Part shown: positions 48,612-62,300 of the stretch, one piece after another | Layout of the letters: each line of letters opens with the position of its first letter | How positions within the stretch are numbered: position 1 is the stretch's first letter | Source: Mizuhopecten yessoensis | Taxonomy: Eukaryota | Direction of reading: 5' to 3' | DNA length: 64,000 bases | Assembly: GCF_002113885.1 (NCBI RefSeq) | Contig: NW_018407853.1 | Coordinates: forward strand, 534,955-598,954 | Position numbers and translations under genes: made by a program | Notes under the pieces: generated by a model | What the model saw: only the letters and a program-made list of their open reading frames with translations | What the model was told of the DNA's origin: nothing | Databases searched by the model: none

Positions 48612-51600
48612 TTTTTTAGCTCGCCTGGCCCAAAGGGCCAAGTGAGCTTATGCCGTGGCACATCATCCATCGACTGGCGTCAATATTTAACTTTATAAAA
48701 CTTCTTCTGAATAACCAAAATGCCCAGGATGATGATATTTGGCCAGCAGCATGCTGGGATAAAGGGCCACCAAGTTTGTTCAAATAAATGACCTTCACAC
48801 ATATTCGAGGTCACAGGGGTCAAATATGTTAAAACCTTTAAACCACTGATGAATAACCAAAATGCCCAGGGTGATGATATTTGGACAGTAGCATGCTGGT
48901 ATAAAGGGCTGCCAAATTTGTTCCAATGAATGACCTTCACTTATTTTCAATGTCTTGGGGGTCAAATGTCTAAAAATTCCTTTAAATGACTTCTGAAATA
49001 CCATAAGATCCAGGATGATGATATCAGGCCAGTAGCATACTAGGAAAAAGGCTACTAAGTTTGTTCAGATATTTGGTAAGTAGCATGCTGGGATGAAGGG
49101 CTACCAAGTGTGTTAAAGTGAATAACCTTGACTTATAGTCAAGGTCACAGGGGTCAAATATGTTGGAAACTTTTGAACAACTTCTGAATAACCAAAAGTT
49201 GCAAGATGATTATATTTGGCCAATGAAATGATTGGATGAAGGCCTATCAGGTTTGTTCAAATAAATGACCTTCACGCATATTCAAAATATTTTAAACATA
49301 TTTGACCCTTGTGACCTTGAATATAATTCAAGGTCACAGGGGTCAAATATGTTCAAAATGTTTAAATGACTTCTTCTGAATAACCAAAAACCCCAGGGTT
49401 ATGATATCTGGCCAGTAGCATGCTGTGATAGAGGGCTACCAGGTTTGTTAAAATAAATGACTTCGACTTATATTCAAGGTCACGGGTCAAATATGTTAAA
49501 AAAAATTTAACAACTTCTGAATAATCAAAAGGCCCAGGATGATGATATTTAGCCCTTAATATGCTGGGATGAAGGGCTATCGAGTTCGTTGAAAATAATG
49601 ACCTTGACGTATATTCAAGGTCACGGGTCAAATATGTTTAAAATCTTTTAACAACTTCTGAATAATCAAAAGGCCCAGGATGATGATATCTGGCCAGTAG
49701 AATGTTAGGATGAAGGACTACCAATTTTGTTCAAATAAATGACTTTGACTTATATTCAAGGTCGCAGGGATCAAATATGTTTAAAATCTTTAAATGACTT
49801 CTTCTGAATAACCATGTGACCCAGAATAATATCTGGCCAGTAGCATGCTAGGGTGAAGGGCTACCAAGTTTGTTAAAATGAATGACCTTGACTGATATTT
49901 AAGGTCACAGGGGTCAAATATGTTTAAAATCTTCATACAACTTTTCCTGAATAACCAAAAGGCCCAGGATGATGATACCTGGCCAGTAGCATGTTGGGAT
50001 GAAGGACTACCAATTTTATTAAAATGAATGACCTTCACCTTTATTCAAGGTCACAGGGATCAAATTTCAACTTCTTCTGAATAACCAGAAGGTCCAGGGT
50101 GATGATATCTGGTCAGTAGTATGGTAGGATGAAGGGCTACCAAGTTTGTTCAAATAAATGGAGTCAAATATGTTAAAAGTCTTTAAACGACTAATTCTGA
50201 ATAACCATGAGGCCCAGAATGTTGATATTTTGGCAGTTGCATGCTTGGATGAAGGCCTATTGAATAACCTTTACCCACTTTCAAGATCACATCTGGTCAG
50301 GTATGTTAAAAAAAACCTTTAAATGACCTAATCTCATTAAAGACAAAAATTCTATGGTGGTGATATTTGGCAAGTTGCAATCTGAGATGAAGGGCTATAA
50401 AGTTTGTTCAAAGTAATGACCTTGTTCGACTTTCAAGGTCACAGGGGCCAAATGTTTTAAAATCTTTTAACAGGTTCTTTTGAATGACTTATAGCCATAA
50501 ATACTGACATTTTGCCTGTAGCTTTATTTTAGATCACTTTTAAGGTGACAAGTGTGATTGAAATCTCTGAAGAGTACATCATTAGGATCAAGTTATGCTG
50601 GAAACCAATACTCTTCAAGTAAAATGGGATTCACATATAAATAAGTACAGTTAGAAAATCCCGAACATATCAAATATCGTATCAAATTCCCCACTCAAAA
50701 ACCCAGACCAAAAAGGCATCATTCTTCCCTCGAACTATACCCGAGTGGAATAAACTCCGACCTGACATTATTTCGAGCCCCACAACGGAATTATCCAAAT
50801 CGGCCCTCTACCGTCACTTTTCAAACGCAAATTAGACCAACGCAAATTAGACCATCTCGTATCTTTTAAAAACGATCTCTTTCCATGTTTCACTCCTCGT
50901 CTGACATTTTATCTTCAAATTGTTGAAGTTGGTCAGTACCATTTAGAAGTAGAAGTAGAAGTCTTCATAGATAGAAAGGTCTGGAGTTGGTTTAAATTGG
51001 TTTAAATTTCAACAATCTTCTTCAGACCCAGTTATGCTGGAAACAAATACTCTTCATACGTGGAAGGATGTTGAGGTGCTTTGTCAAAATTGTGAATTTC
51101 ATTACCCCCAGGCTTTATGTTCGCCCCTTGGGAGCACCCTGGGTGAAGTTTACTATAGTTTATATAGGAAAATGATACTTTTGGGTATATTTTGTTCATT
51201 TTCAATTGGAAATAATAAAACAGGATTTAAATTATAGCACTGAGATGACAGTTTGACACTATGAACATTTTGAGTCTGGTCCACCCTAAGGGGCTGAGGG
51301 GCGGGGCCCAAAAGGGTCAAATTGGTTTAAATTTCAGCAATCTTCTTCAGACCCAGTTATGCTGGAAACAAATACTCTTCATACGTGGAAGGATGTTGAG
51401 ATGCTTTGTCAAAATTATGAATTCCATTACCCCCAGGCTCCACGTTCGCCCCTGGGAATGGGCTAAAGTTATAACTATTGTTTATTTAGGGAAATGATAC
51501 TTTTGAGAATACTTTTGGGAATACTTTATTCATTTTCTATTGGAAATAATTCAGACTTGATTGGAATTATAATCATGAGTTGAAAGTTTGATGCTATGAA

Positions 51601-52959
51601 TACTTTGACCCTGGCCTACCCCAAGGGGCTGAGGGGTGGGGACAAAAGGGGTCAAATTAGCTTAAATTTCAACAATCTTTTTCAGACCCAAATATGCTGC
51701 ACACAAATACTCTTTGTATATAGATGTAAGGGTTTAAAGGTGGTTATCAAAACTTAAAATTTCATTAACTCCCGTACTTCATGCTCCCCCCTGGGTATGA
51801 GGTGAAATTTACTGTAGTTTCTGTTGGTTCATTTTCTGTTTGAAATTCAAAACCGATTGGAATTACATTGTATATAAGCATGAGCAGATGGTAGATGCTT
51901 AGAGCATTTGACCGTAACCAATCCCCAGGGGCTGAAGGGTGGAGCCCAGAATGAGGAGTCAGAGGTGCTAAAATTTCTTTGACCCAGACATGCTAGAATC
52001 AAATACGCTCCAGACTTAAATCTGCATGCTATTGAATTTCTGCATTTAAAATGACCTTGACCTACTTTCAAGGTCACAGGTGTCAAATGTTAAACAATTC
52101 AAACAACAATATTTAAAGAGGACTAGAGTCATGATACTTGGGTAAGTTATGTAGACCAGCAGTGCAATTTATTTTCTAAATTACAGTAATGAGGTCAAAG
52201 GTCAACTAAAAGTGCTAGTGGGGGTCAATGGTCAACATGGGTTATAAGCTTTAACAATCTTCTCAAGTTCCATAAAGCCAAAGGTCATGATATTTGGCCA
52301 GTAAGTACCTGGGATGGAGTGCTATACAGTTTCCTCATAAAAATGACCTTGACCTACTTTCAAGGTCACATGGGGTAAAATATGGTAAACGCTTAAAACA
52401 ACAACATCCTAAGAACCATTTGGACTAGAGTCATAATACTTGGGTATGTTATGTAGACCAGCTGTGTGAATAGTTTTCTTTATAACAGTAATGAGGTCAA
52501 AGGTCAACTTTAAGTGCTTGTCAGGAGTCAAATGTTAACATAGGTTAAGAACTTTAAAAATCTTCTCAAGTTCCATAAGGCCCAGGGTCATGTTTTTTGG
52601 CCAGTAGGTACCTGGGATGAAGTGCTATAAAGTGTCCTCATTAAAACGACATTGACCTTGTTTCAAGGTCACAGGGGTCAAATATGTTAAAAATTTCAAA
52701 CAACAACATCTTAAGAGCCATTTTGACTAGAGTTATAATATTTGGGTATGGTATATAGATCAGTTGTGTGAAGCTGGTCAACGTGGGTTTAAAGCTTCAA
52801 ATTCCAAATTTCAAATTTCAAACAATTTCATAGAACCGTTTAAGAGATGTTAAAATGTCTTGTGTTCTAGGTACCAAATTTGTTCTGAAGTTACCTATAT
52901 GTCAGTTTTATGTAACAAAAGAAACAGGTGAGCGATACAGGCACTTTGGGCCTCTTGTT
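48612..52959 (+). mobile_element. 4.3-kb composite HINE element with several different internal satellite arrays
   Basis: 5' ttttagctcgcctggcccaaagggccaagtgagct and 3' caggtgagcgatacaggcactttgggcctcttgtt. About 12 x 146-bp units (48690-50500), about 330-bp units (50990-52010) and about 300-bp dimer units (52050-52800). Confidence 0.75.
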
Positions 52960-53330
52960 CTGTTAAACGTCCTATTAACAGCTTAGGACATTTAGGTATG
53001 TGCCTCCATGTATGTTGTGGATGCGTGCATGTGTGCTGGAGACAGGGCACGATGGTTCACTTGCCCCCTTGTGATACTACTGATCTGATGAATACCATGC
53101 CGAAGGCACCCAGCACAGAATTCCGCCCGGTCACATTATACCGGCAACGGGTGAACCAGTTGTTGCCTTTACCCTTAATGCTGAATGTTAAGCAGAGAAT
53201 AACAACTACCATTTTTACGGACTTTGGTATGTCCCGGCCAGGGGAAAGGCCCTTTGCCTCCTCACCTGGGTGAACGCTCAACATTAAAGCTAAACGCGAG
53301 GTATTGCCAAGCAAGGCACTAGGAAATAAA
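52960..53330 (-). mobile_element. Degenerate SINE (MetaSINE-like core), antisense
   Basis: ccggtcacattataccggcaacgggtgaaccagt...cttaatgctgaatgttaagcag...ctttggtatgtcccggccagggga resembles the reverse complement of recalled molluscan SINE core/head sequences. Confidence 0.45.
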
Positions 53331-54206
53331 GGTAGTTAGAAGTGGAGAAAAATGTTAGATCCTAACTATTGCAATTGGTGCAGCAGATTGATTTTGGTCG
53401 CGTTTTTTGCAGGGGGGTTCTCGACATTGGTCGCCTCTTACGATACATGCAGTGGGTAACAGTAGATGTATTCTTTTCTCGATCCCCGACATGCAGGGTT
53501 GGATTTGAATAGTCCATCATCTGATGGTGGGCTTAAAGTGGTTATAACAAAGTCTGACATCTTGTTAACTTTTTTCCTCCTATTAAAGGGTGACATATAA
53601 AAAAAATAAGGACAAAATCTTTTCTTTTCAAAGTGCACATATTTATCTTTGTAATAAAGAAAGGTTTTTCCTCTCGCAGAGCCACCTGAAGATAAAAAAG
53701 TACTGTGATATATTTGTGATTCTAGGCTTAAAAGAGTCATTAAACATGTAAATAAGACAATTTAGTGCTGAAAAACAATTGGTTCTTGCCTACCGGTGTT
53801 CTCTTTTGCAACAAAACTTTGTCACCACCCTGGCTATTTCCTTTCTCAACTGATTGGATACAATGTTCTTCACCTATTAGATATCCACATATCTCAGATT
53901 TTTATGTAAAAGAAAGAAGTCGCAAGAGCCAATATTCTCGTATGTCAATGGATTAATATATGACTTGCCCATATAGTCTAGTATTACTTGGAACATACAT
54001 CACTCTTAACAAGGAGGGACCATAATGTTACTACTGAGAATAGGAACGTTGGTACGTAAAAGTGACGTCTGAAAATAATAACTTTCTGGGACGGAAAGGA
54101 GCCGATACAGAGTCTGTCTGTCTGTCTCTCTGTCTGGGGTGACCATATAGTTCTCATGTTGTACGTAAAAGTAACGTATGAAAATAATAGCTTTCTGGGA
54201 CGGAAA

Positions 54207-54351
54207 NNNNNNNNNNNNNNNNNNNNNNNNNNNNNNNNNNNNNNNNNNNNNNNNNNNNNNNNNNNNNNNNNNNNNNNNNNNNNNNNNNNNNNNNNNNNNN
54301 NNNNNNNNNNNNNNNNNNNNNNNNNNNNNNNNNNNNNNNNNNNNNNNNNNN
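54207..54351. other. Assembly gap
   Basis: N-run within a short local repeat. Confidence 1.
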
Positions 54352-54498
54352 TTCTCATGTTGTAGGTAAATGCTAAGAAGTATAAACTGGAGGAGAGGAT
54401 ATAATGTACCTCAAATTTCAAGCATTTTGAGATATTAATTGGATCTAATGGAATTCGTTCTCGAACGTTTTTATTATTCCAAGACAACATCAATATAT

Positions 54499-54624
54499 CT
54501 AAATTTGAAATTCAAAGACCGAGAACGTAACCATCTGCTCTTTAGCTTCATTAGAATACCAACTAAATTTGAAATTCAAAGACCGAGAACGTAACCATCT
54601 GCTCTTTAGCTTCATTAGAATACC
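54499..54624. repeat. 65-bp direct tandem duplication
   Basis: ctaaatttgaaattcaaagaccgagaacgtaaccatctgctctttagcttcattagaatacc occurs twice. Confidence 0.85.
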
Positions 54625-55560
54625 GATTTGGCTAAAATGGAAAAAAATATCAGCCTTCCTCCCCGAAACTACGATATTTTTTGCACCAAATTCATAAAAA
54701 AATATCCACAAAAAGGAGAGGTTATGTGGAATATTCAAAATCCATGCTTGTTTGGTGCGACAACGTGAAAGTCTACAATATAATAAATAATTGAGAGTCA
54801 GTCGTGTATTGTGGTTTATATGGTTAATATTACATACACGGTTAGATTATTAGAAGGCCTTTCATCCAAGAATTTTAAGATTGACCAAATCGTAATACAT
54901 ATCCTTAATATTAATATCTGGTTGTTCCAGATTTGTTGGTTTGATCCTAAGGTAAGGGAGAAAAGTTTAAAAAATATACTCCTTAAAAATTACCATGTTT
55001 TTATTCATTAAAATGATGGATACCTAAGGTGTTACTGAAAATTTCCTTAGAATCTATCTTTGAACAAAAGCCTTTGTTATCCCTTCATGATGTACAGCAT
55101 TTCACTAACAACGGTATGAAGTTTTACCTCTATCATTTTACCTTGGCTGTTCGCACACTGAGTGATATGTATTTGAACAGGAAAATCAGAGCACAATGAA
55201 CAGACATGTCACGTAAAAAATAAACATTACATAATGCCCTTTTCAGAGCTGAATTTTACTGATAAAGTGATTTTATCGTACCAGGTCTGATATACTTTAC
55301 AGAAGAGGTGTTGATTAACTGTTTCAGTCCTATCAATAACGGTGATGTACTATTTGAAGCTGTGTACGGGCACAAAAATAGCTCATTCAGATTTCAGTTT
55401 TCAAGGGTGAAATATTTTCAACAATTTCGCAAATGTGGTTTTCTATTTTGTCTATAATATTGTTGATACACAATAACCTAGCTGCTTCCATCTTTCTTTA
55501 TTTTGATGTAAATTTAATAAATTTCATACACTGAGCTCGTATGATAAACCATTTTATTAT

Positions 55561-56035
55561 TTAATTGCGGTATAATTGTCTCTCTTTTCCAGCATCCTCT
55601 AAATGCTTCTGGAGGGCAGCTAGCTTTTCTTTTTCTGTTACTGAAACTGCATCAACGATCTGTTTTCGCACTCTCTCGAAAATGTGGCTACGTCTGTGCG
55701 GGGTGTTCTTATTTTTAACTCGGGGACGCATTTCAACCAAACATCTTTGAAGGACGACAAACCTAAGCAACCAATTTCCTTTTTCTCACACGATAGTTTA
55801 TAGCGTTTATGAATTGAGACTTTAGTCTCTGAAGCTGGTAAGTATATAGGGGGAAAGGAATCCCTTCTAGGTTCCGCAGGCTGTGGAATACCATTTTTTC
55901 AGAGAGATTTCGTATAAAGTTACAGCAAATTCAATTTCTGCAAACTTGAGTGCATGTAAAAGTGTTCTGCCGGTCAGTCCCTGTTTTCGGGGCGTGATTC
56001 CGTGCTGATTTACATGTTCAAAAGTGTATATTCTG
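55561..56035 (-). pseudogene. Degraded DNA-transposase fragment (Sola/DUF7869-like, tentative)
   Basis: Frameshifted pieces YTFEHVNQHGITPRKQGLTGRTLLHALKF, GIPQPAEPRRDSFPPIYLPASETKVSIHKRY and FERVRKQIVDAVSVTEKEKLAALQKHLEDAGKERQLY resemble recalled invertebrate transposase-like proteins. Confidence 0.5.
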
Positions 56036-56575
56036 TAAAATCAGATAAAATTTGAAATGCTGTTCTACACACGCTCTCTTCCCCAAAGAGCTATGGCGGA
56101 AAATTGCCCGTATTTCCCTAAGTCGGCAAAACGGAAAACGGAAAAAATAATGATGAGTAAATGATTTTTAGTAGCAAAAATGCATGGAATAGATATAAAA
56201 CCAATTGAATATGAATATTTGAACTGTTGAGATATTCTGTATTCTTAATATAATACTGCAAATATAACCATATTCACTATATCTATGAAAGTGACGGGAT
56301 TTTTCAGACTTAAAAAAAAACAACTTTCAATACTTCCCCATCCGAGGACCAACTTTTGAATTAAACTTTTTGATTCATTGATGTAATATACAAAAACAAA
56401 ATAGGCCTACCTTGAAGATCTCTATCAATTCAACTTTTTACGAAAGTTCTTATTCATATCTAGTTTTGCTATCGATGTGTTAGAGCTGAACGGGTTGCCG
56501 ACAGCCACCGATACTTGATATAACGTCACTAGACCTTTGACGTGAAATCGTATTACCGGGAAGTCAATTTTTCGT

Positions 56576-56780
56576 GGAAATACAGGTACCGTATACACAG
56601 CTTGGTCATACAGACACGGTTGACAGACGGCTACAGAGGAAATACAGGTACCGTATACAAAGCTTGGTCATACAGACACGGTTAGATTGATGACAGACGG
56701 CTACAGAGGAAATACAGGTACCGTATACACAGCTTGGTCATACAGACACGGTTAGATTGATGACAGACGGCTAGAGGAAA
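56576..56780. repeat. 62-70-bp tandem repeat x3
   Basis: ggaaatacaggtaccgtataca.agcttggtcatacagacacggtt recurs three times. Confidence 0.9.
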
Positions 56781-57614
56781 ACTTACTCAGGGGATTCGCA
56801 TATACAAGACTTAGCACGTTAAGGAGGGCTTTCAAGTAAGGGACACCTCATTATTCTCGTGTACATTATTGTTGGATTTAATCAGTAGCTTTATTTCATG
56901 CAAGTAACCTTTCAATTGTGTTCCGTTTGTCGACTCGCTTGGTTAGGTCAGGGACAAGCCATATCCGCTAACAAAAGTAGGATATACACTAGATAAATAC
57001 ATCAATGATAGCAAAGAGGGACATTTTACACATAAATAAAGAGTTTTGAAGCTCCATTGCACAACATTTTGTATGATTAAAACAAGTCATTCGTATCTAT
57101 ATATAAACAGGCAAAACCGGTTTTAATAAACTCTTGAATAAGTATACCAAAACCGAAAGTACACTAAACTATGGCGGATGGCCTTCTCTGTCATATCTAC
57201 AGATACTTAAGTATGTCATATTTGAACGCCTATTTTGAATGTCGTTATCTCATTTTATGTTATTGCTTAAATAAATATTGAATTACATAGTCAGGAAAGA
57301 TGAATGCATGTAGTAGGCATGTTTTCTTCGAGTTAAATATTTCAATATTTTTTTTTTCACATTTTAAATGCAAGGGTCTTGTATCCCAAAAAAAATCTTA
57401 GAAAAAAACAGAAATCCTATTTTCATTATTATCATTTATTTAACGTTGCATTAATGCCCACAGATTAATATTTCTTAAGATATCAGAACAGATGTAATTG
57501 AATCAGATGTTTTTTTTCTAGTTTTACGTCCATCTCTCTTTAAAGAAGAATTAGCAATCTTGAACTGTTTATTTTGACTTATCGTAGTGTTTCATGTGTT
57601 ACTTCATGTCGTTA

Positions 57615-57752
57615 TTGGAACCGACATGTTTTGTTAATTTATTCATTTGACCTGTTGGTGTGGAACCGACATGTTTTGTTAATTTATTCATTTGACCCGT
57701 TGGTGTGGAACCGATATGTTTTGTGAATTTATTCATTTGACCCGTTGGTGTG
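57615..57752. repeat. 45-bp tandem repeat x3
   Basis: tggaaccgacatgttttgttaatttattcatttgacc.gttggtg repeated. Confidence 0.85.
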
Positions 57753-59341
57753 TTACTGAAATACAAAAGCTGTAAATAAATGATGGGGCAAAAATAATTC
57801 AATAGCTATATGTATCATATCCTGATATAAAACATTTCTTACTCCTTTAAAACTGCTTTATACTAGCTTAGTACTTGTTCAGATTTTACGTTTCACTCTG
57901 CCTGAATAAGCCATGCAAGTGAAAATGTATGACGCTAATTATGTTGATTCTTTTAATACCTGAATTAAAAAGACAGATTATTTCAGCCACGAATCGAAAA
58001 GAAACTACGTCCATGTTAGTTAAATAAGGTATAAGTCTGCATATTGATACCTCCATATACAATGTTAAACAACTTTACGTAGAGACAGCCGTGATACTTT
58101 TGCCATGGTCTGTATAATCAAAATACAAGGTACTACAGCGTGATATTTACCACTTCTTCATTTCTTTTCTTATTTTTGAAGTAAAGCGGGCTAGGAATGC
58201 AAAAGAAATTTTATGTTTTCAGTGTTTAAATGATGTAAAGAAGAAGTTTCAAACATTGGAACACAATGTTGAAGAAAGGGACTAACGGATGAATATAAAT
58301 ATAGTACTTTAAACATATTCATTTGGTTAATTGCATGGAATGAGGACGTAAAATAAGCCTCTAACAGTCTCTCAGTTTACGTACTTAACACAAGTTTACT
58401 TCCCTTAATCAGTTAATGCAAGAAATCAAACAAACATTCAACTTTTTTTTTATTTAAACCTACATATGCTTACGCTATTCCCCACACTGTGTATGTGTAC
58501 CTTATTATTAATATATAAATACATACAATTCTAGATCATATCGTTAACCGTTTTTGCTAACGGGGATAAGGTGTAAAACAGAGCCTCTGGCAATGAATAA
58601 CAGTCATCCGAGTGTTGATTTAACACCATACATATACAAACAAATAAGGAAGTAGTGTTTAGTATTCTTGTAAACGCCCGACACCCTCTGTACCCGTGAC
58701 GCCATTCAGACGTTTTATTCCCCATGATCAGTTCAACCTGTTCAACTTCTATTAGTGAACTCAAAACAACGTGTTCATCATGCTAAACCCCAAAATATTT
58801 CAGATATATGTACAATTTTTATTTTTTAATACGAAGGGACTAGATTTTCTAACATATTATTATGTCAACTTCGAAATCGTGCAAGTCAATTGAGCTTTGA
58901 TCTCTTTTGAAACCATCTTATTGATAATCCCTCTTGTATATGCGGTAACGATGTGAGTCACTTCTTTCTGCATTGTACATAGATACATGACTCAAAGCCA
59001 AATATGATAATATCTCTGTCTCATTTACAGCTTGACATCCATTTAAATCTACATTTAATTTCGGACTTAACTTAAACCTGTATTAACATTTAATGTTAAA
59101 TGATAATATATTCACTAAAGGAAGTAATTGCCTTAGTGGAGATCTTAATTCTGCTATTCGTGTTTGTGTTCAGAGATATGTAGAAAAACACAAACTTATT
59201 TTGAATGTTATATGCTATTGTTTGAGATGTACCCCCAGCTTTGCCTGTTGCCCACTTCCTTTTAAATCGGATTGATTAAATTTGTTAACTTGAAAAAACC
59301 CTCATTTGCTTTTAACTCTTTGCATGGCAGATTAAACCGAA

Positions 59342-62300
59342 ATGGCAAACAAATGGACAAGACAGAATGAACATATGTCCAACACCGACCGTGTTAAACA
59401 CGAGTCAATCAGCTCATTCATAAAAGAACATGTGCAACCGATTCTTGATGGTTGGGAAAAGGATATAAAGAACTTTATAATATCAAATCCAAAGCCAGCA
59501 CCGGATCAACGAATGATGGTTCTTACCATAGTTTCGCGAATGGCGGAACAAACGAAACAACTACAGGTATTTCGTTCTATTCTTCTTTTTATCATTATCA
59601 TGAATACGTCATTCGACAATTCCGCAATACACTTGTTTCCAATTCTTCAGAATTTAAGTTGGAGATTTTGTTCATGCATCGATTTAAAGTGACTGATATT
59701 CATATGGTATTCAAGGTAGAAACGGAATACTGAAACTATATCCAATGATATTAAAATGTCTATAACCGACTTCTGCTGCAATACATTCGATGATGTTCAA
59801 GTTTCGCATATGCCATTTATTTTTCCGTTTTTACTTATGTAAAAATGAAAGGGGTCATATTTTTCATTCACACAAAATCTTTTTTCAAAAGACATTAGCT
59901 GTGAAAGTAAACTATCGGGTAGATGTGATCACTGTCAGGAAATAAGGTTAGCTATATTACTGAAGCACATCAAAGTCAATGGTACTACATATACTCTAGA
60001 TTATAAACAATCTCTCACTACTATAAAACATACTTCGTTTATTTCAGTCCACTTATGGTGTCTATGTTTACACTACTGGTTACAAAGAGCTACCAAAAGA
60101 GACGAGGTTTTCTCAACACATGTTAACAATGACAAATGAGTGGAAAAGGGATTGTAAGCATATAGAAAAAACCCATTCTGCGAAGCACAATGAAAAACCA
60201 GATCAAACACTAGGTTTGGCTACACTGTTTTGTGAAATGCAAGTGCAGATTCAGTATTGGATGGTATGTATCTACTCATATCATTAAGATATAATCATGA
60301 GATATGGTTCTTGTTGCAATATTATGTTTTCGGATTTGAAATGGTAGTGTTTCTACCTTTAATCATTTACATCTAAAAGTAAATCATTGTATACATTTTC
60401 TATTCAGGTAACTGGTGACGTCACTTTCACGTTATTCGTCGAAGCGCGTATACTATGTTGTAGTCATTGTTGGTATACATGTATAACCTATAACCATATT
60501 ATCACCAAGGACTTCAACAGTCATGGTGAAAGCCCGGAAACTGGCCAAACATATCGATCAGTCAGTAACGTTATTGGATTTCGTGAGCAATTGAATATCT
60601 TTTGAATAAAGTGTATTTTGTGTATTCCGTTTCAACTAATTACAGAATTACATTTCTGGCGTTGTCATGTTAAGAAAGTCTTGCTTCATTGAACAAAATT
60701 ATCTCGAACTCTTAACCGTGATTGTAACGGGCTAAAGGCGTTTGTATGTTATGTTATCTACTGATTCTGAATTCACGAGCCTAGTATATTGAATGTGATA
60801 TTTACATGTATTATTTAAACAAACTTTGTGATTATTTTATGAGTCTGCCTATAAACTATTAAAATCTACTTTAAGGGAAAGACACAGTGTGTTGACATTC
60901 TTTAGAGCATGTATTCGATATCACTTCATATTTCAATGCATTTTTACGTATGTATTGTTATATTAAACGCTTGTCTGAATCCTTTTCTGTTGTATGGGAA
61001 AGTGTAATATAATATACTAAAATGTTGACGGCTGAAATACATGTTGCTTAGGACCTTAATGTATATCACACTTTAGCATTCATGAATAAGTGACTCTATC
61101 CAACATGGCGATATTTTCCGATGACAAGCACATTTTAATTAACAAGTTTGTTAAACATTTCAGGAACATTTAACTCCAAGCAAAACTAAGCAACAACAAC
61201 AAGGCACTTCTGTTGCACAGCATGGTGGAACAGACGGGCAACAGCCGAGACACCATCCCCAGAATGTACCGCCAACGACAGATGCACGACAGACGCCGTC
61301 AAAACGTCCACCGGATGGATCGCTAACAACAGATGAACGACAAAAGCTCCAAGATGAAATAAGTAACTTAGGGATGAAATATGATTCAAAAGTGGCAGAA
61401 AACTTAGAGTATCAGAAACAAGAATCGCAACATGCTGCTGACATGGATAAACTGAAAAAAGAAATTGAGAGACAAAGAGAAGAACTGAATAAACAAGCCA
61501 TGGCTAATTGTAAGGTCACAAGGGAAAAGGATGAGGCCTTGAACAGGTTTGAAATAATATACTTGTTATTTCAATTCCATCTTGATTAACAGTTCACGTT
61601 TTTATGCTATTATTTGAACATCAAAATGTTGTAACTCTGAACTTGAGTAAATTTTAATAAACCGAACCTTTATTGTTCTTAACTAATAACAAACGGTTAC
61701 TGACTGGCCGGTTGATTTTGGGGTTTTATTTATTCCACGACATGTTTTTTACACTTGGCCATTTTGGGTGTAATGAAACATTTTGTAATTTTGTAATTTA
61801 AATATTATGCGAGTTGCCTACCAAATGTATATAGAGGTAGAGCCTGGATCACTGTCAAATATACTAGGAATGGAATAGGAAAATTACCCCTTTTTTATTT
61901 ACTTTACAACGATTACGTTACGCGTTCCCCAGAAACGCACAGGAGTCTTAATACGATTATGTATGTGAGGAAACCAGAAACCCAAAGAAAAGTTACGTGA
62001 TTGGGCATGTGACCCAATTCCTTGTCGCGTATGATCGGGGAAGCGAAAATATCTAAAGATTTTAAAGAATTTTTCAAAGAATGATCCTTTTTGGGTACTG
62101 ATCCGATTTGAATCCCCCTCCTTTGATAGAAATATTATTGAAAACCGTTATTTAGTAATATTGTTTATTTTCCAGACTTAGTGAAATAGCAGGTCAAAAA
62201 CTACGACAGAACAACCCAGCCATCACCGATCTAAGTACTGATAACAGACCGACCAAAATAGCCGAGCGTTTTAAAGAGTTGTATGCCAACCAATGGACTG

